The notes below the pieces were generated by a model. That model searched no databases. It was not told the DNA's origin and worked only from the letters and a program-made list of their open reading frames with translations. The translations under genes were made by a program, and so were the position numbers. Of a DNA stretch of 64,000 nt, positions 25,175 to 37,644 are shown piece after piece. Positions within the stretch are counted from its first letter, which is position 1, and each line of letters begins with the position of its first letter. Where the stretch lies: assembly GCF_009914755.1 (NCBI RefSeq), contig NC_060925.1; one strand, 5' to 3'. The stretch comes from the human T2T-CHM13v2.0 reference genome, Homo sapiens.

Positions 25175-26009
25175 GTAGGTGCATGGCAGCAGCCCCTGGG
25201 GTAAAAGGTCCCAGCTAATTCCGAGGCCTAGAGAAACACTGAGATCTGTAGCTGGCTGCCTGGGATGGAGAGGAAATGAGACTTGCAAGTCCTCAAGCCC
25301 TCGGAAGGTGAGAACCCATCTTATGTGTGAGAGGTAGGTGCTGGCATTGTATCTGGAGCTCAGCTCTCCTTGGACCACTGTGGTCACACCTGGGTCCCCA
25401 CTTGCCCTGACTTGCTCAGTCACTTGACATCTATCATCTTTCCTTCTTGTAGAGGAATAAGGAAGAGAGCATGAGTTGAGAAATGAGAGAAATCATAATG
25501 AACTCCAAAGAACAGTGAGTGTTCACCTCTTGAGGGAGGCAGGAATATGATTGTGAGTGCTCCCATGAGGGCTCTGGGGACAACCTTCTTTCTTCGAAGG
25601 CACATGGGTTCAAGGAGGTAGGGGAAACCGTCAGGATGACGCTGTTACTGGCATCATGAGTAGAGCAGAGAATGTGGTCCTTCCTTGCAGCCTGAATTGG
25701 ATGCGTTGTCAGGCTGCAGAGAGGAGGAGGAGTTAGGAAACAGCCATTTGCCAAGCCAGCTTCACAAAGAGCAAATGAGTTCATCACCTGGGTCCAGGCG
25801 TCATCTGGCAGCATTTCAGCCCCACCAGAGCTGCACCTGCCTGAGGACTCCACTAGAGGGGGCTCCAGGCTCACCCGCACACGCACTGGCATCAGGGGAA
25901 TGTGCAGTCTGGGACCTCTCGAGGAGGCAAGGCTGCAAAAGCCTCAATACTGGCACACCCTCTGGGAAAGGCTGGGGACCCCCGTGTGTCTCCAGAGATA
26001 CAATGGTCT

Positions 26010-26240
26010 ATTCAACAGCCATTTCTTGAGTACCCACAATGTGAGGTGCCAGACACTGCCACACACAAGGGATATACAAAGGTAACAAGAAGCTCACACC
26101 ATCTAGAGGGGGAGTCATCTATAAGAATATCTAATTGCATGTCTAAATGAGGGGGCGCAGTGGCTGGGCAGAGAAGGGGATTCAGTCTTCACGGGAAGAC
26201 TCCAGAGAAGAGGTGATGTGAGTGGGCACTCTGGAAGCTG
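26010..26240 (-). mobile_element. L2 LINE 3'-end relic
   Basis: ttcaacagccatttcttgagtaccc...gtgccagacactg...aagctcacaccatctag. Confidence 0.5.
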
Positions 26241-26917
26241 ACAAGTCATCGTGTCTGGTGCTTTCCACAGAAGGGTCAGGTCCCGTGGCCTGGCCCAGGC
26301 CCAGACGGGGTCTTCTGAATACCACCCCTACCCGCATTCCAGGAGAGCATCAGTGCTGCCTTCTCTGGGGCTACCAGGCCCGCTGCGTCACCCCGGGATC
26401 CCAGGCAGCTTCACAAGCTGCCCACATCCTTCCCCAGCCCACCACTCTAGCCAGTAGACCAGCGCTGAGGCAGGAGAAGAGGGGCCAGGCAGAAGCAGAG
26501 AAAGGCTGACAGCCCGCTCTGCATCCCTCTCTGGTCTCAGAAACCAGGAGTGAGTCACACAACCAGCTCTCCCTCCTGCTGTGCTCTTCTGCACTCTCCC
26601 AAGCCCCTGGGCACTCGGGAAGTTTATTAGGGCAGGGGGACTTAGGTTAGTGGCTGATGTGTGTCTGTCACCAAAGGCCAGGCCAGGCCAGGCCATGATG
26701 CACTTTCTTGATTACTCAATTCTGCAAATAGATAGATAAAGAGAGCCCCTTCTTCCCTCCCTATGTGCACCCCAATACAGAACATCAGATAACAAAGCCC
26801 TATTGTCCAGCCCCAGTAACCACCACAGAGAATGTTCTGCAGCCCCAGGGGACAAAAGGACAAATAGAGGCTTTTTTCTTAACTTAGGGCTTTGCAGAAA
26901 ATTCAAGAATTTCACTT

Positions 26918-26985
26918 AGGGCTCTCAGTCCAAAAAAAAAAAAAAAAAGAAAAAGAAAGAAAAAAGAAAGGGCTCTCAGTCCAAA
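26918..26985 (+). mobile_element. Solo poly(A) retro-insertion flanked by 17-bp target-site duplication
   Basis: agggctctcagtccaaa at 26918-26934 and 26969-26985 with only A/G-tail sequence between. Confidence 0.75.
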
Positions 26986-27660
26986 CTTGGGTTTCTAACT
27001 TCATAAAGTCCAACTGGAGGGGAAGAATTGGAGTGACGGAATACCAGGAGAGGGGCTCCAGGCTCCATCCTTCAAAGTTCCCGCCTTCCAAGGTTGCGAT
27101 GGTGTGGAGTGGGTGCAGCTGAACATGCTCCCTCTCTCCTATCCATCCCACTATTCAGCATCTTCCCCCAAAGACAGGAACCATCCTTTTGACTGGAGTT
27201 GGTGTCCTCCCACACCACCTACTCCTTATCCCCTCAATTCCTGGCATCATGGAGCGTCACCCAGCCTGCTCAAAGGTCATGCCAACCTAGCCAGAGCAGG
27301 ACATGCTGTTGAGGACAGAGCTGGGAACATAATGCTCTGAGTGGACTGTCCCTGCAGCCACCTTTTAGATGTCCAGTCCTTGAATCGAGGTAGAAACAGT
27401 GTGTTAGAAAGGTCTCCAAGGCCCAGGTGGAAAGGTTTCTGTAGGAACATGCCTGACTCAGGTGGAGTTGACCGTGAACCCTGAATGCCAGTTGGCATCC
27501 TCAGGCCAGCAGCCAGCACCTGGCCACGCCGTCTGCATAAGGTTTGGGCTGGAACCTTCCCTGCTTTCCTTGTCCTGTGGTCTCACTTGTGCTCTGTTTT
27601 CTCTTCCCTTTTCCATCCTTTCTCCCTCTGTCTGGCCATCTTGGGCGCTGTGTTCTGAAG

Positions 27661-27675
27661 CTACTCCAACCGCAG
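27661..27675 (+). CDS. NFASC: NFASC 15-nt microexon (ATPTA)
   Basis: Long pyrimidine tract, ctgaag acceptor, gtaccg donor; phase 1-1; joins ...PPNE to APPTLPPTT as in neurofascin. Confidence 0.88.
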
Positions 27676-30600
27676 GTACCGTACCAGCCGCGGAGGTAAT
27701 GGGCATGGCATGGGGCAGCGCAGGCGGAGCCCAGCCCAGCCAGGGCGGACAAGGAGGGAGAGGCTCAGGCTGAAAGCATGCTCCAGACTCACCCTTTCAG
27801 TGGTTGGGAAGCCAGACTGTCAAGAGGGATGTGTGTGGAGGATGGGACCAGAGGAGAGCAAGCCCACTTTCCCCCCTTCCCAAACTATTTGCCCCCTGCT
27901 GAGTAGGAGAATGGCTCAGCAGGGGTCACACACACACCGGCCCTGACCTGCTCTCTGGAGCTGCAGTTTCATTCTGACACTGAGTAGATTACTTCCCGTT
28001 AACCACCTGAGTCCTTGCCTGGGCTTGACAGCTCAGAGCAGTGTCCCCAGCTGTGGCCCTAGAAGGCGCGCTGCAGCAGGAGCAGGGACAGCTGGCTCCT
28101 GGTGGGGCTGCCATCTCCTGAAAGGGTGAACATGCTGTGCATGCCAGCTTCGCATGCTGCATGGGGGCCCGGCACCGGCTCTGCCAGCCACCACGGGCTC
28201 TGCTCAGTGAGAACAAGCAAGCATGTCCATGGATAGGGCCAGGTGCTCCAGTTCCTGGAGTCTCAGCAGGCACCGTGGGCTGATTATCTCCTCACCCTTC
28301 AGAAACCCAGCTTTTCCAAGTCTTTATCGTTAAGAACAGTCTCCACTCTCGGGGTATGGGAGGTAGATCTACAGTGGACTAAGGTGCTGGGCAGCTCTGG
28401 GCTTAGGACCTGCTAATCAAGTTACTCCTCTCCAGTCCTCATGTCATGGGTTTGAGGGTCATCAAAGGGCTCTTCATCACAGTTGGCCTGTCCCCAGGCT
28501 GGAGAAACGAGGCAGGGGACCCCAGGGTTCCTTTCCAGGCCCTCCTCTGAGCCTGAATTACATCAGATGGGAAATGAGAACAGGATTCACCCTGGCAGAG
28601 CAAAGGCTACAAGCAAGTGCTCAGCAGAGCCTCCTTACATGCCAGGCAGTGGAGGGAGGGCTGAGGACCGGGCCAGGAATCTGAGGGTTGGCTTATGAAG
28701 GGGATGCCACCTTGCCCAATTCGATTTCCTCCTCGCCTTTGCTTATTCATCCCCACCCCCATCCTAGGTTGATTCTATTTCTGTTGCATACCCTGCTTCC
28801 TTCAGTTTGTGTATGTTTTGCGGCCAGATCTGTGGATGGTGAGCTGCCATCATCCTTCCCTCTCTCCCTCAGTCCTCAACATTCACCCACCACCCCAGTG
28901 CCTCCCCACAAGGTCTGAACACCCCTGTGAAGATGTGAGGCAGAGAGGTGATCCCAGGCCTGGGGAACAGGGTGAGAGCCATCCTTGCCACACTGGGGGC
29001 CTCCCTGACTTCCTGCTTGAAGTTTACGTAAGTCTCTCCCGTGACGAAGAGGAAACGCAGGGAGGGCACCAGGCGAATCAGCTGCAAGCTCAATGGGGAA
29101 GCAGCTCCCCGTCCACCTCCCCTGTTCTGGCACCCTGGGACCCAAGGCAGGTGGGCCTGGTGGCAGGCAGTCTGTCTTGTTCAGTGGGCATCTGTGCCGG
29201 CCTGTGCTGTCCCTCTACTGAGTGGGTGAGAGGTATCTTTGCAATCACCCCACTTCCTACTTCCCATTTAGAAAAGATCTACACTCATCCAGCATGAGCT
29301 CACGGTCTCAATCAAATGTTTCCTGGGCTCCAGCTTCCGTGTGACATGGCAGTGGAGGCAGATTGCACTTTTTTGGAAATGAGATGTGCTGATAACATCA
29401 GCTGTTCTCAGCTTTAAATGCGTAAGAACCTTCTGCACAATGAGCAGGTGCCAAGCAACGAAACTCGGGTTCCATGTTTCTGACGTGGGCCTGGCGTCCG
29501 GCCCACTGCTGTCTTCCCTCTCGTCCTCTCCAAACCTGGGCACTATTTCCCCAAACTGCCCTGTTCATCTCTCACCCAGTGAAGATAATCCCTCTCATCC
29601 ACCTGTATCTGCAGTCTCTTAGGATTGCTGCCCGTCTGTCTGACAGTCTGTGATTTGGCCGGGGTAGTCAACACGCCATGTGGACATTTTTGGACTAAAC
29701 CTTCCACCTTGGAATGTAAGGAAGTGCTGTTCTCTTCTTTGACCCAGCTCAGGTCTGCAAATGTTTGGTGGGCTCTTGATAGGTGCCCTGTTCCGTGGCA
29801 GGTTCTGGGACAGAAAGATGAATGACACATGTCATCTCTCCTCAGTGTTCTCCATCTCATGCATGGTGCTCCCTGAAACCCACCTGGAAAACCCTTGGCC
29901 ACAGCCAGGGTGCCTTCCAGTGTGCATTAGGTCACAAACCTGTGAGGTTGACGCTGCCGTCTAGGAAGGGCCTTGTGCTTCCAGCCGAAGCCCACTCAGG
30001 ATCCCCCCTTAGCTAACAGAGAGTCTCTGCCCGCTGTCCTTGGTCGCCAGGCTGATGGTCTCCACTGAGCACTGGCCAGGATTGCTTCCAAACCTGTAGC
30101 TCCTATTGCGGCAGGAAATGACATCCTAGCCCAGTCATGTGTCTGCCCAGCCTGGTGCTGCTCTGTTGGTAAGCCCTACTTCTCAGCTTCGTTGCTCTTC
30201 TATCCTCTCCTCCACCTCAGCCCCAGGGGATGAAATAATCTGAATCTCCTTAGACCTGAGCAGTGGAAGGTTTTCCCCATGGAACACTTGTCCTCCTCTC
30301 GTTCCCACCTGTACTAGCCCCCTGACAGCTCACTGCCTGACTCTTCTGCACCTTCCCTCGGAGGCTTTTCTTCTTTCCTCCACCCTCCCTAGCTCTCTGG
30401 AGGCCCTGTCTTGCCTTGGGACAATAGACACAGCTAATGAGTGGGTCGGAGATGTGCCAGCAGTGACCTTAGCCAGCTGAGGTTGTATCCTCTATGGTAA
30501 CTTCAATGGTGGGAGCCCCGGGGAGGCTGCCGGAAAGTGACCCCTTTCCTCTCTCTCATCTCTTGCTCCCTCTTACTAAGCCTGAGCCAGACAGGAAGCA

Positions 30601-31016
30601 GCTAGGTAGCCATCATCAGAGAAAAATGCTTCCTTTCTGCCACACTTGGCAGAAGTGGCCATCAGGGGAGGGGACAATGCAGTGTAGAAACATCTTCAGA
30701 GCCATCTCTCATCCTTACCTCTGCCCAGCAGGGCCGGTGAGGAAAATGCTGTCACCTGGGCTCTCTTGACACCTCTGTCCCCCAGCTACTCACTGGAACA
30801 TCCTGGGAAGTGTGTGCCCCCAGCTATGGCCCTGTTGGGGTACGAGTGTGTGTGTGTCTCTGCGAGTCTGAGGGCCACATGAGAGAGTGTAAAGCTTTGG
30901 GGAAGACTGACTTGGATTCTGGGGCCTGGGAAATGTAGCACCACTGCACCTGTAGGAAGGGAGGCCCAGGCTCCTGCACTACGCGGTGTGATGATTCAGG
31001 TTAAAAGGGAGTGTTT

Positions 31017-31113
31017 GCTTTTTTGTTTTGTTTTGTTTACTTGAGGCAGAGTCTCGCTCTGTCGCCCAGGCTAGAGTGCAGTGGCTTGATCTCGGCTCAC
31101 TGCAACCTCCTCC
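31017..31113 (-). mobile_element. 5'-truncated Alu (right-arm 3' end), antisense
   Basis: T-rich tail then gaggcagagtctcgctctgtcgcccagg...gcaacctcc; perfect 13-bp TSD aaagggagtgttt (31004-31016, 31114-31126). Confidence 0.92.
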
Positions 31114-31232
31114 AAAGGGAGTGTTTTCTAATGATGCCTTTTAGATAGTCATGAGAAGGGCTACCTTGTAAGCATTTGATTTGTCAGAAATTATTAGAAA
31201 ATATACTATTGATAAGGAACTCCGGCAGGTGC

Positions 31233-31505
31233 ACACTTTGGGAGGCTGAGGCTAGAGAATTGCTTGAGCCTGGGAGTTCAAGACCAGCCTGGGTTCCATG
31301 ACAAAACCCCATCTCTACAAGAAATACACAAATTAGCCAAGCATGGTGGACCTGTAGCTGGACCTATAGTCCCAGCTACTCAGGAGGCTGAGGTGGGAGG
31401 ATTGCTTGAGCCTGGGAGGTCGAGGCTACAGTAAGCCATGATCACACCACTACACTCCAGCCTGGGTGACAGAGCAAGATCCCGTCTCAATTAAAATAAA
31501 AAAAA
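31233..31505 (+). mobile_element. Alu (AluJ-like), 5' end missing
   Basis: Alu left and right arms with J-type gaggattgcttgagcc and an A-tail. Confidence 0.9.
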
Positions 31506-31682
31506 TCAGAGCAGTCCTGCCCAAGTAGACAAAATAATTGCTCCAGGTCTGTGCCAGCAGCACAGAGCAGCGGAAAGAGCCCATGTGTGTCTATGGCCAT
31601 GAGAGCTGCAGGGAGCAGGCCTGGGAGAGAACTGACCTTTGCCCCATGGGTCTCTCAGGCTTTCCCATGTATGATGTGTGCA

Positions 31683-31684
<2 letters not shown>

Positions 31685-31723
<39 letters not shown>

Positions 31724-31724
31724 T
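31685..31724. repeat. (GT)n microsatellite
   Basis: About 16 perfect GT units plus an imperfect tail. Confidence 0.95.
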
Positions 31725-33532
31725 CGGTGGGTGGGGATAAGTGAATTCCCTCTTGTTGAGTGTTTTTAGTGCTGAGATTATATTCCAGGCCTGAGGCCAT
31801 CCTGGACTGAGCACAGCCCTAAATAAAGAATCTGAGAGGGAGAGTTGCCCCACCGCTCACCCCTCCGCACGCCGCCCTGATGTCTGTGGGTTGACCGGGG
31901 TTTGGGGAGTATAGCATTGTGAGCTTTGAGCCTGCCCAGGAACCTCTGGAACGTATGGGGCATAGTCAGCTGCCCAGTGTGACTTCGGTGGCCAGCACCC
32001 TCGGGGCACAGTAGTACCTCTGATCTTATTAGCAGGGAAGCAGGAGTATTCCCTCCTTCTCCAAAGAGGGACTTGTAATTTTGGAGACCCAAGGGAATGA
32101 AAGGGCTTTTGCTGGGCAGGCTCTGGCTGAGAAGGCTTAGGATCACTTCACTCTCCCTTAAAAAAAGCTCTCTGGCAATTCTTTCTCTGGCATCCCTCCC
32201 TGCCCTAGCCCCTTTCTCGGGGATATTATTTTCCTGAGAGATTTGAGGCTGGGTAGGATTCCTTGGGAGTGAGAGTTAGCTGCCTGTGTTTTAAAGTCCC
32301 TGCCTACTGCCCCATTAGCGTCAACACTAGAAAGTGGAGTGCTGTCAGATCACAGGAGATCCAGTGCAAGGAGGAGAGGGGGCTTTGTCTCTCTCTGCTT
32401 GGCCTCATTCTCATACTCTCAGCTTTAGCAAATATTAGATCTGCGGGTAAGGATAGGGCAGCCCTTTCCATGACCTTCTATATCAGGAAAGAAGACCTGT
32501 GAAAAAGTTGTCACATACATAAGCTTAGCCCTCCCAAGCTGACCAACATCCAAGGATAGCTTTGGGTGGGAGATGGGTGTCATGAGAGGGTTAGCCCAGA
32601 TCTGAACAATTCTGTGCCCCATGAAGATTTATGCAGAAAAGAAGCCCAGCATGCGCCTCACTCTGCCTGGGACTCCTCTGTCTGCTGTGGGCTGGGAAGG
32701 TGGTGCTGCTGAGTGCGGGTTATTCCATTAGCTCCCTCTTCCCATGTTCTCATGTGAACAGAAAGCACCTGGGGTACCTGGACCCAAAGTTCCTAGAGAG
32801 AAAGGCAGTTATAAGAAGTGTCACTTTGGATTAGGGTGGTTGCAGGAAGGGCTACCACTGAGCAGAGAAGGGAAAGAGAGGGAGGAGAGGCGGGGGAATG
32901 ACCGAGGAGAGCCAAGACCGGAGGAGGGCGAGGGCAGGCAGAACGCCGTGCAAGGCTCACCCGCGCAGAGTGGAGATTGTTCCCTCTCTGTCATCGGGTT
33001 TGGGTGGCTGTTTGGGCTCATGCAGGCATGACAAAGGGTGATTTTGGAGTGATTGGTTGGGAATGGCAGGCCACTCTAGGCCTCTGCTGGACAGGGCCCC
33101 ACCGCCTGCCCACCTCTAGGCTGGGGCTCCAGGGCTGGACCCAACTGGTGCTGCTTGGGCCTGTGTCTGGGTGGCATCTGGCCAGTGTTTGGCCTGGGGC
33201 TCCATGCCATCCCTGGGGTCTGAGCGATTCAGCCCGTGCCCCCTTCCCGTCTCATCCTCACGCATCCTTGGCTGGGTGCATGCTGGGTGTTTCGAGCCAC
33301 GCAGACCATGAGAAGAAAATGAAACACACACAGGGCTTCATTCTCTTCCTCTCCCATGGTTGTGTCTTCTGTTGCTGCGACCCGTCTGACCCAGTCCGTT
33401 ATGCCTGGGGAGGCTCCTGATGACTAAGCCCCGTCTCCTCACCGGGCTGCCTGCCTTGCACGCGGGGGCCGTGTGTCCAGGCTGGGCACAGCCAAACCAA
33501 CCAGACTCGGCTGTTTTACATTTCCCTCTCAG

Positions 33533-33769
33533 CTCCTCCCACATTGCCCCCGACTACCGTGGGTGCGACGGGCGCTGTGAGCAGTACCGATGCTACTGCC
33601 ATTGCTGCCACCACCGAAGCCACAACAGTCCCCATCATCCCAACTGTCGCACCTACCACCATCGCCACCACCACCACCGTCGCCACAACTACTACAACCA
33701 CTGCTGCCGCCACCACCACCACGGAGAGTCCTCCCACCACCACCTCCGGGACTAAGATACACGAATCCG
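33533..33769 (+). CDS. NFASC: NFASC alternative PAT (Pro/Ala/Thr-rich mucin-like) exon, neuronal NF186-type
   Basis: tctcag acceptor, gtactg donor, 237 nt, [14 protein letters not shown]...[10 protein letters not shown]. Confidence 0.95.
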
Positions 33770-36700
33770 GTACTGCGCATCGCCCATGCTCCCCATCCCC
33801 TCCTGGCCCGCCTCCCCAGCGGCCTCCAGACGAACCCACAGGCTCCCCCAGCGAGGAGGTGGGGTCTGGGGTGGTGTTTGCCACCACCTCCCTTTGTGTT
33901 TCCTTTGGAAACTCACCCGTGACTAGATGCTCAGTCCCGTAGCCTGGAGGCCCAGATCTCCCCAGCCTGGCCCTGACACACACGCACTCCTTGGGTGGTC
34001 CTCCACCACTCAGTACCCCAAATTCTAGCTTCAGATCCCTGTTCCTTAACAGACGGCCAAGCTCCTTGGGCAGGGCCCCCAGGTTCCAGATGTTAGGACC
34101 GCCTCCAGCTACATGTCAGGCAGTCAGCTCAGAGCCGAGCACTCCAGAAGGAAGACAGCGTGAGGAGGGGAAAAGGACCAGATACTGTACAGCTGGCCTG
34201 AGGGAGTTTCCTGCCCTGGCCACGTCTGCGTCCGGCCTAGAGGCTGAGCAGCAGGGAGTGGCTGTGCCAGGCAGCTCTGTTCCCAGAACCCCTGTCCCTT
34301 CCTTGCCTCTCCTTCCGCGAGGAACACTTACAGACTTTTCTTTTACAAAGTCAGAGCTTCCAGGAAACTGTATTGCCAAGGAGGCCCTTAATGCCAAACT
34401 CACATTCCCCAAGCCCTCAAATGCAGGCATGGAGGGAAAATTACGGGCATTCTCAGAGCCCCTGGTAAGAATCGATCCCAGGGCTGGTACGCTGAGCCAC
34501 GAGAATGCACTGTTCCTGTATCATGCAGCCAGGCCAGGAAGCTCTGTTCTTCCAGTTCGGGGAGACCCCAGGGGAATTCAGCGATACTTCCAAGCACTGA
34601 GCATCAGTCTTTTATTACCAACAAGGGGAAGGTCTGTAGCTTCCTGAGCTCACAGGCCAGCTATAAAATCAGCGTGAGGCAGCCAGGAAGCACCCAGAAC
34701 TCTTCTGCCACAGTTGTAGAATTGTAGGACCCAGTGGGCACCACCTTTGTCTCCTGGGCAAGTCCCTTTACCTTCCAAGGCCTCCTTTCTCCCACCCTGC
34801 TCCACTTTTCTCAGCCTCCTGAATGAGGATGGAGGCTTAATAGACATGAGAGGATTTTGTTTTCAGTTCAATGACATAGAGTTAAGTGAGCTGTCAGGGA
34901 AGACGAGAGGCATAGCTGCTGTGAGCTCCTGAGACCCTGAAAATGCTGGTTTGCTTCACAGGTGCCATCTAGAACTTAACAGGCACTTTCGGAAAAAGTT
35001 GGCTGAGGAGGAACCTGCTGGGGTATTAGAAGCTGCCACCAGCGGGTTGGTGATTGATGTTCTTTGGGGCCACGGTGAGGCATCTTTTTCATTAAAGTGG
35101 GGCTTTGTGTCCTACAAGTGCTTTGAGTTCAGAGAAAAGATGAACCAAAAATGAAGAAAGGAAGTGGCTCTTGCTTCCCCAGCAAAGAGTTACTTGCCTT
35201 CTGAAACACAGGCCTTGTTGCCACATAGGACCAGCCCCTCCAGAGTCTCACTCCTCAAGTTCTGTGAGACGCTGCAGAGGACCTGGCCATGGCCTTGATC
35301 TTATCTAGACCTTGGGAACACCCCTCAACCATCCTCACCTCACTTCAGCAGAATGGCTGTCTAGGACTTTAAAAATGAATGTTCACCTTTATCGTGCCTT
35401 ACATCTTGGAAAAAGATGTTTCATAAGTTTACTCTTCTCAGGGTGAAATAGGCCTTTTTATTTGTCCTTCGCCTGTCTTTTTCAGATTTCAAGGGAGATT
35501 CCTTAATTCTTACATTCCAGGAGTCAGTGAGACAATCTATGCTTCCCCTCCCTGACCCTTTTTGTGTTTCTTGGTGTTGATATTTCACATGCTTGGTCCT
35601 TCTCTTTGAACTTTTTAGTGCTTCCGGGTCATCATCCTGATCTCTCTGTGGCAATGCCTTCCTCCAGCTCCCACCTCTAAATCATCTTGGCTTCCCACTG
35701 CCTGGCCTTTTCTAAAAGAACCCCAATCTTCATTGCCTTTAAAACAGCCAGATTTGAGTCAATTTCATATTGGTGGCCAGACTGTTTAAACACAAATTCT
35801 CTAGCTATTTACAGGGCTCAGAGCTGAGGAGGAAGAAACTCAAGTCCCCAAATAATGACTAATCACAATTCATTCTCACCAGCAAGAGCCATGAAATTCT
35901 AAGGAGCTGGAATTTGGGATGGCTTCAAGTGGCCAGTACAATTGAAGCGTCTGGCAGACAGGCAAAGAAGCCTACCTTCTCCCCTCCCCACGGTGCCATC
36001 AATGGAATCACTTTCTTGGCCCCTCACTTAATATGAATCATATTCACCTGGGGCAACCAACGCCTGACAGAGTTGTAGTGCAGAAGGCACCTCTTTGAAG
36101 TGAAAACCAGGAGATCTTTTATCACTTCCCCAGCCCTGCAGGCTCAGTCACATGTCAAATAGATAATGAATAAATGCGTCGCCAATGCACTCTATTCATT
36201 TATTTTTGACAAGTGAGTTGGTGACAGTGCCCCCTTGCATGCTAATAAAATATACAGCAGCCACACTTGTAAAGTCTTTGAAATACGAGGCTTCATGCGA
36301 GTACTCCACTATTAAATCTTTGCTGGAAAATGGGGTAACCAGACTGCTGGGACTCTTGCAAAATGATTACGTTTGAAGATTAGTGCCATTCTCCTCTACA
36401 CAGGCTATGGTTTCAGACAGCACCATGGCTTTGATAAAGTGGCTCCCAGCTCATAGGAACTTGATAATTAATGTCCTCTGTGTTGCATAGAGATCAGGCA
36501 TCAAAAACTCGGTGGTGCTGAGACGCCAACAGAACAGGATTCTTCTGGTATCTGGACCACTGAGGGCTGGTTGTCAAGGAGTTATCTTCTCTTGGTCGCA
36601 CCTAGTCCACGTGAGGGAGAGGAAGGCTTCACATTGTCTTTACTTGGGCCCTTGAGATTCTAGGCTTTAGACAATCTGAAGCTGTTAGACCTATCAGCCA

Positions 36701-36994
36701 GGCTTCTCTCTGACCAAGGACAACCCAAGGGGCTCCTTAGACCAGCCTCACCTGTCTGGATCACCATTCTCCTCCAGCTTCAAAAGTCCATCCTTCCTGC
36801 AAATCTCATCAAGACTCGCGGCTCTTAAAGATAACCCTCTCCTTCCTGCAGCACTTCTATGCTTGAAGGGGAAGGGGCTGGCACACATCTTCTCTGTGTG
36901 GCCTCCTCCTCCTGGCCACACGGCCTTTTTCCTGGCCCCTTTCCTTACACTGTTGACATGACAAGGGATCTGAAAAGGGAATAAGTCCAGGTTA

Positions 36995-37234
<240 letters not shown>

Positions 37235-37527
37235 CTATGTGGACACAGTCAGTTTCCAGCTCTCCCTCCGAAGTCCTCCCGACTGTACCTGCTTGTCCCT
37301 GGACAGCGACCTCTGGCCTGGCCACCAAGGCTGCAGCTTGGAGCTCTGTCAGGCCCTGTGCACAGCCATTTCTGACTCTCCCTTTCCTAGATGACTGTGT
37401 GTACATGTGTGCGTGCGCGAGTGTGGGCATGTGCGTGCATGCACACGCTTGTGTGTATGTGTGTGTCTCCATGTCTCTGGTGCCACTCCCTCCTCATCAC
37501 TAACCCCTTTTCTAACCCGTCCACCAG

Positions 37528-37644
37528 CCCCCGATGAGCAGTCCATATGGAACGTCACGGTGCTCCCCAACAGTAAATGGGCCAACATCACCTGGAAGCA
37601 CAATTTCGGGCCCGGAACTGACTTTGTGGTTGAGTACATCGACA
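37528..37644 (+). CDS. NFASC: NFASC alternative exon, FNIII-5 N-half ([39 protein letters not shown])
   Basis: caccag acceptor, gtaagc donor, 117 nt, phase 1-1. Confidence 0.95.

Noticed and set aside
33516-33983. Val-rich antisense ORF (155 aa) and other frames over the PAT exon
   Set aside because: Shadow of the ACC/GCC-rich sense exon
33991-34647. 218-aa intronic ORF
   Set aside because: Non-ATG start, no recognisable domain or compatible splice sites; chance ORF in GC-rich intron
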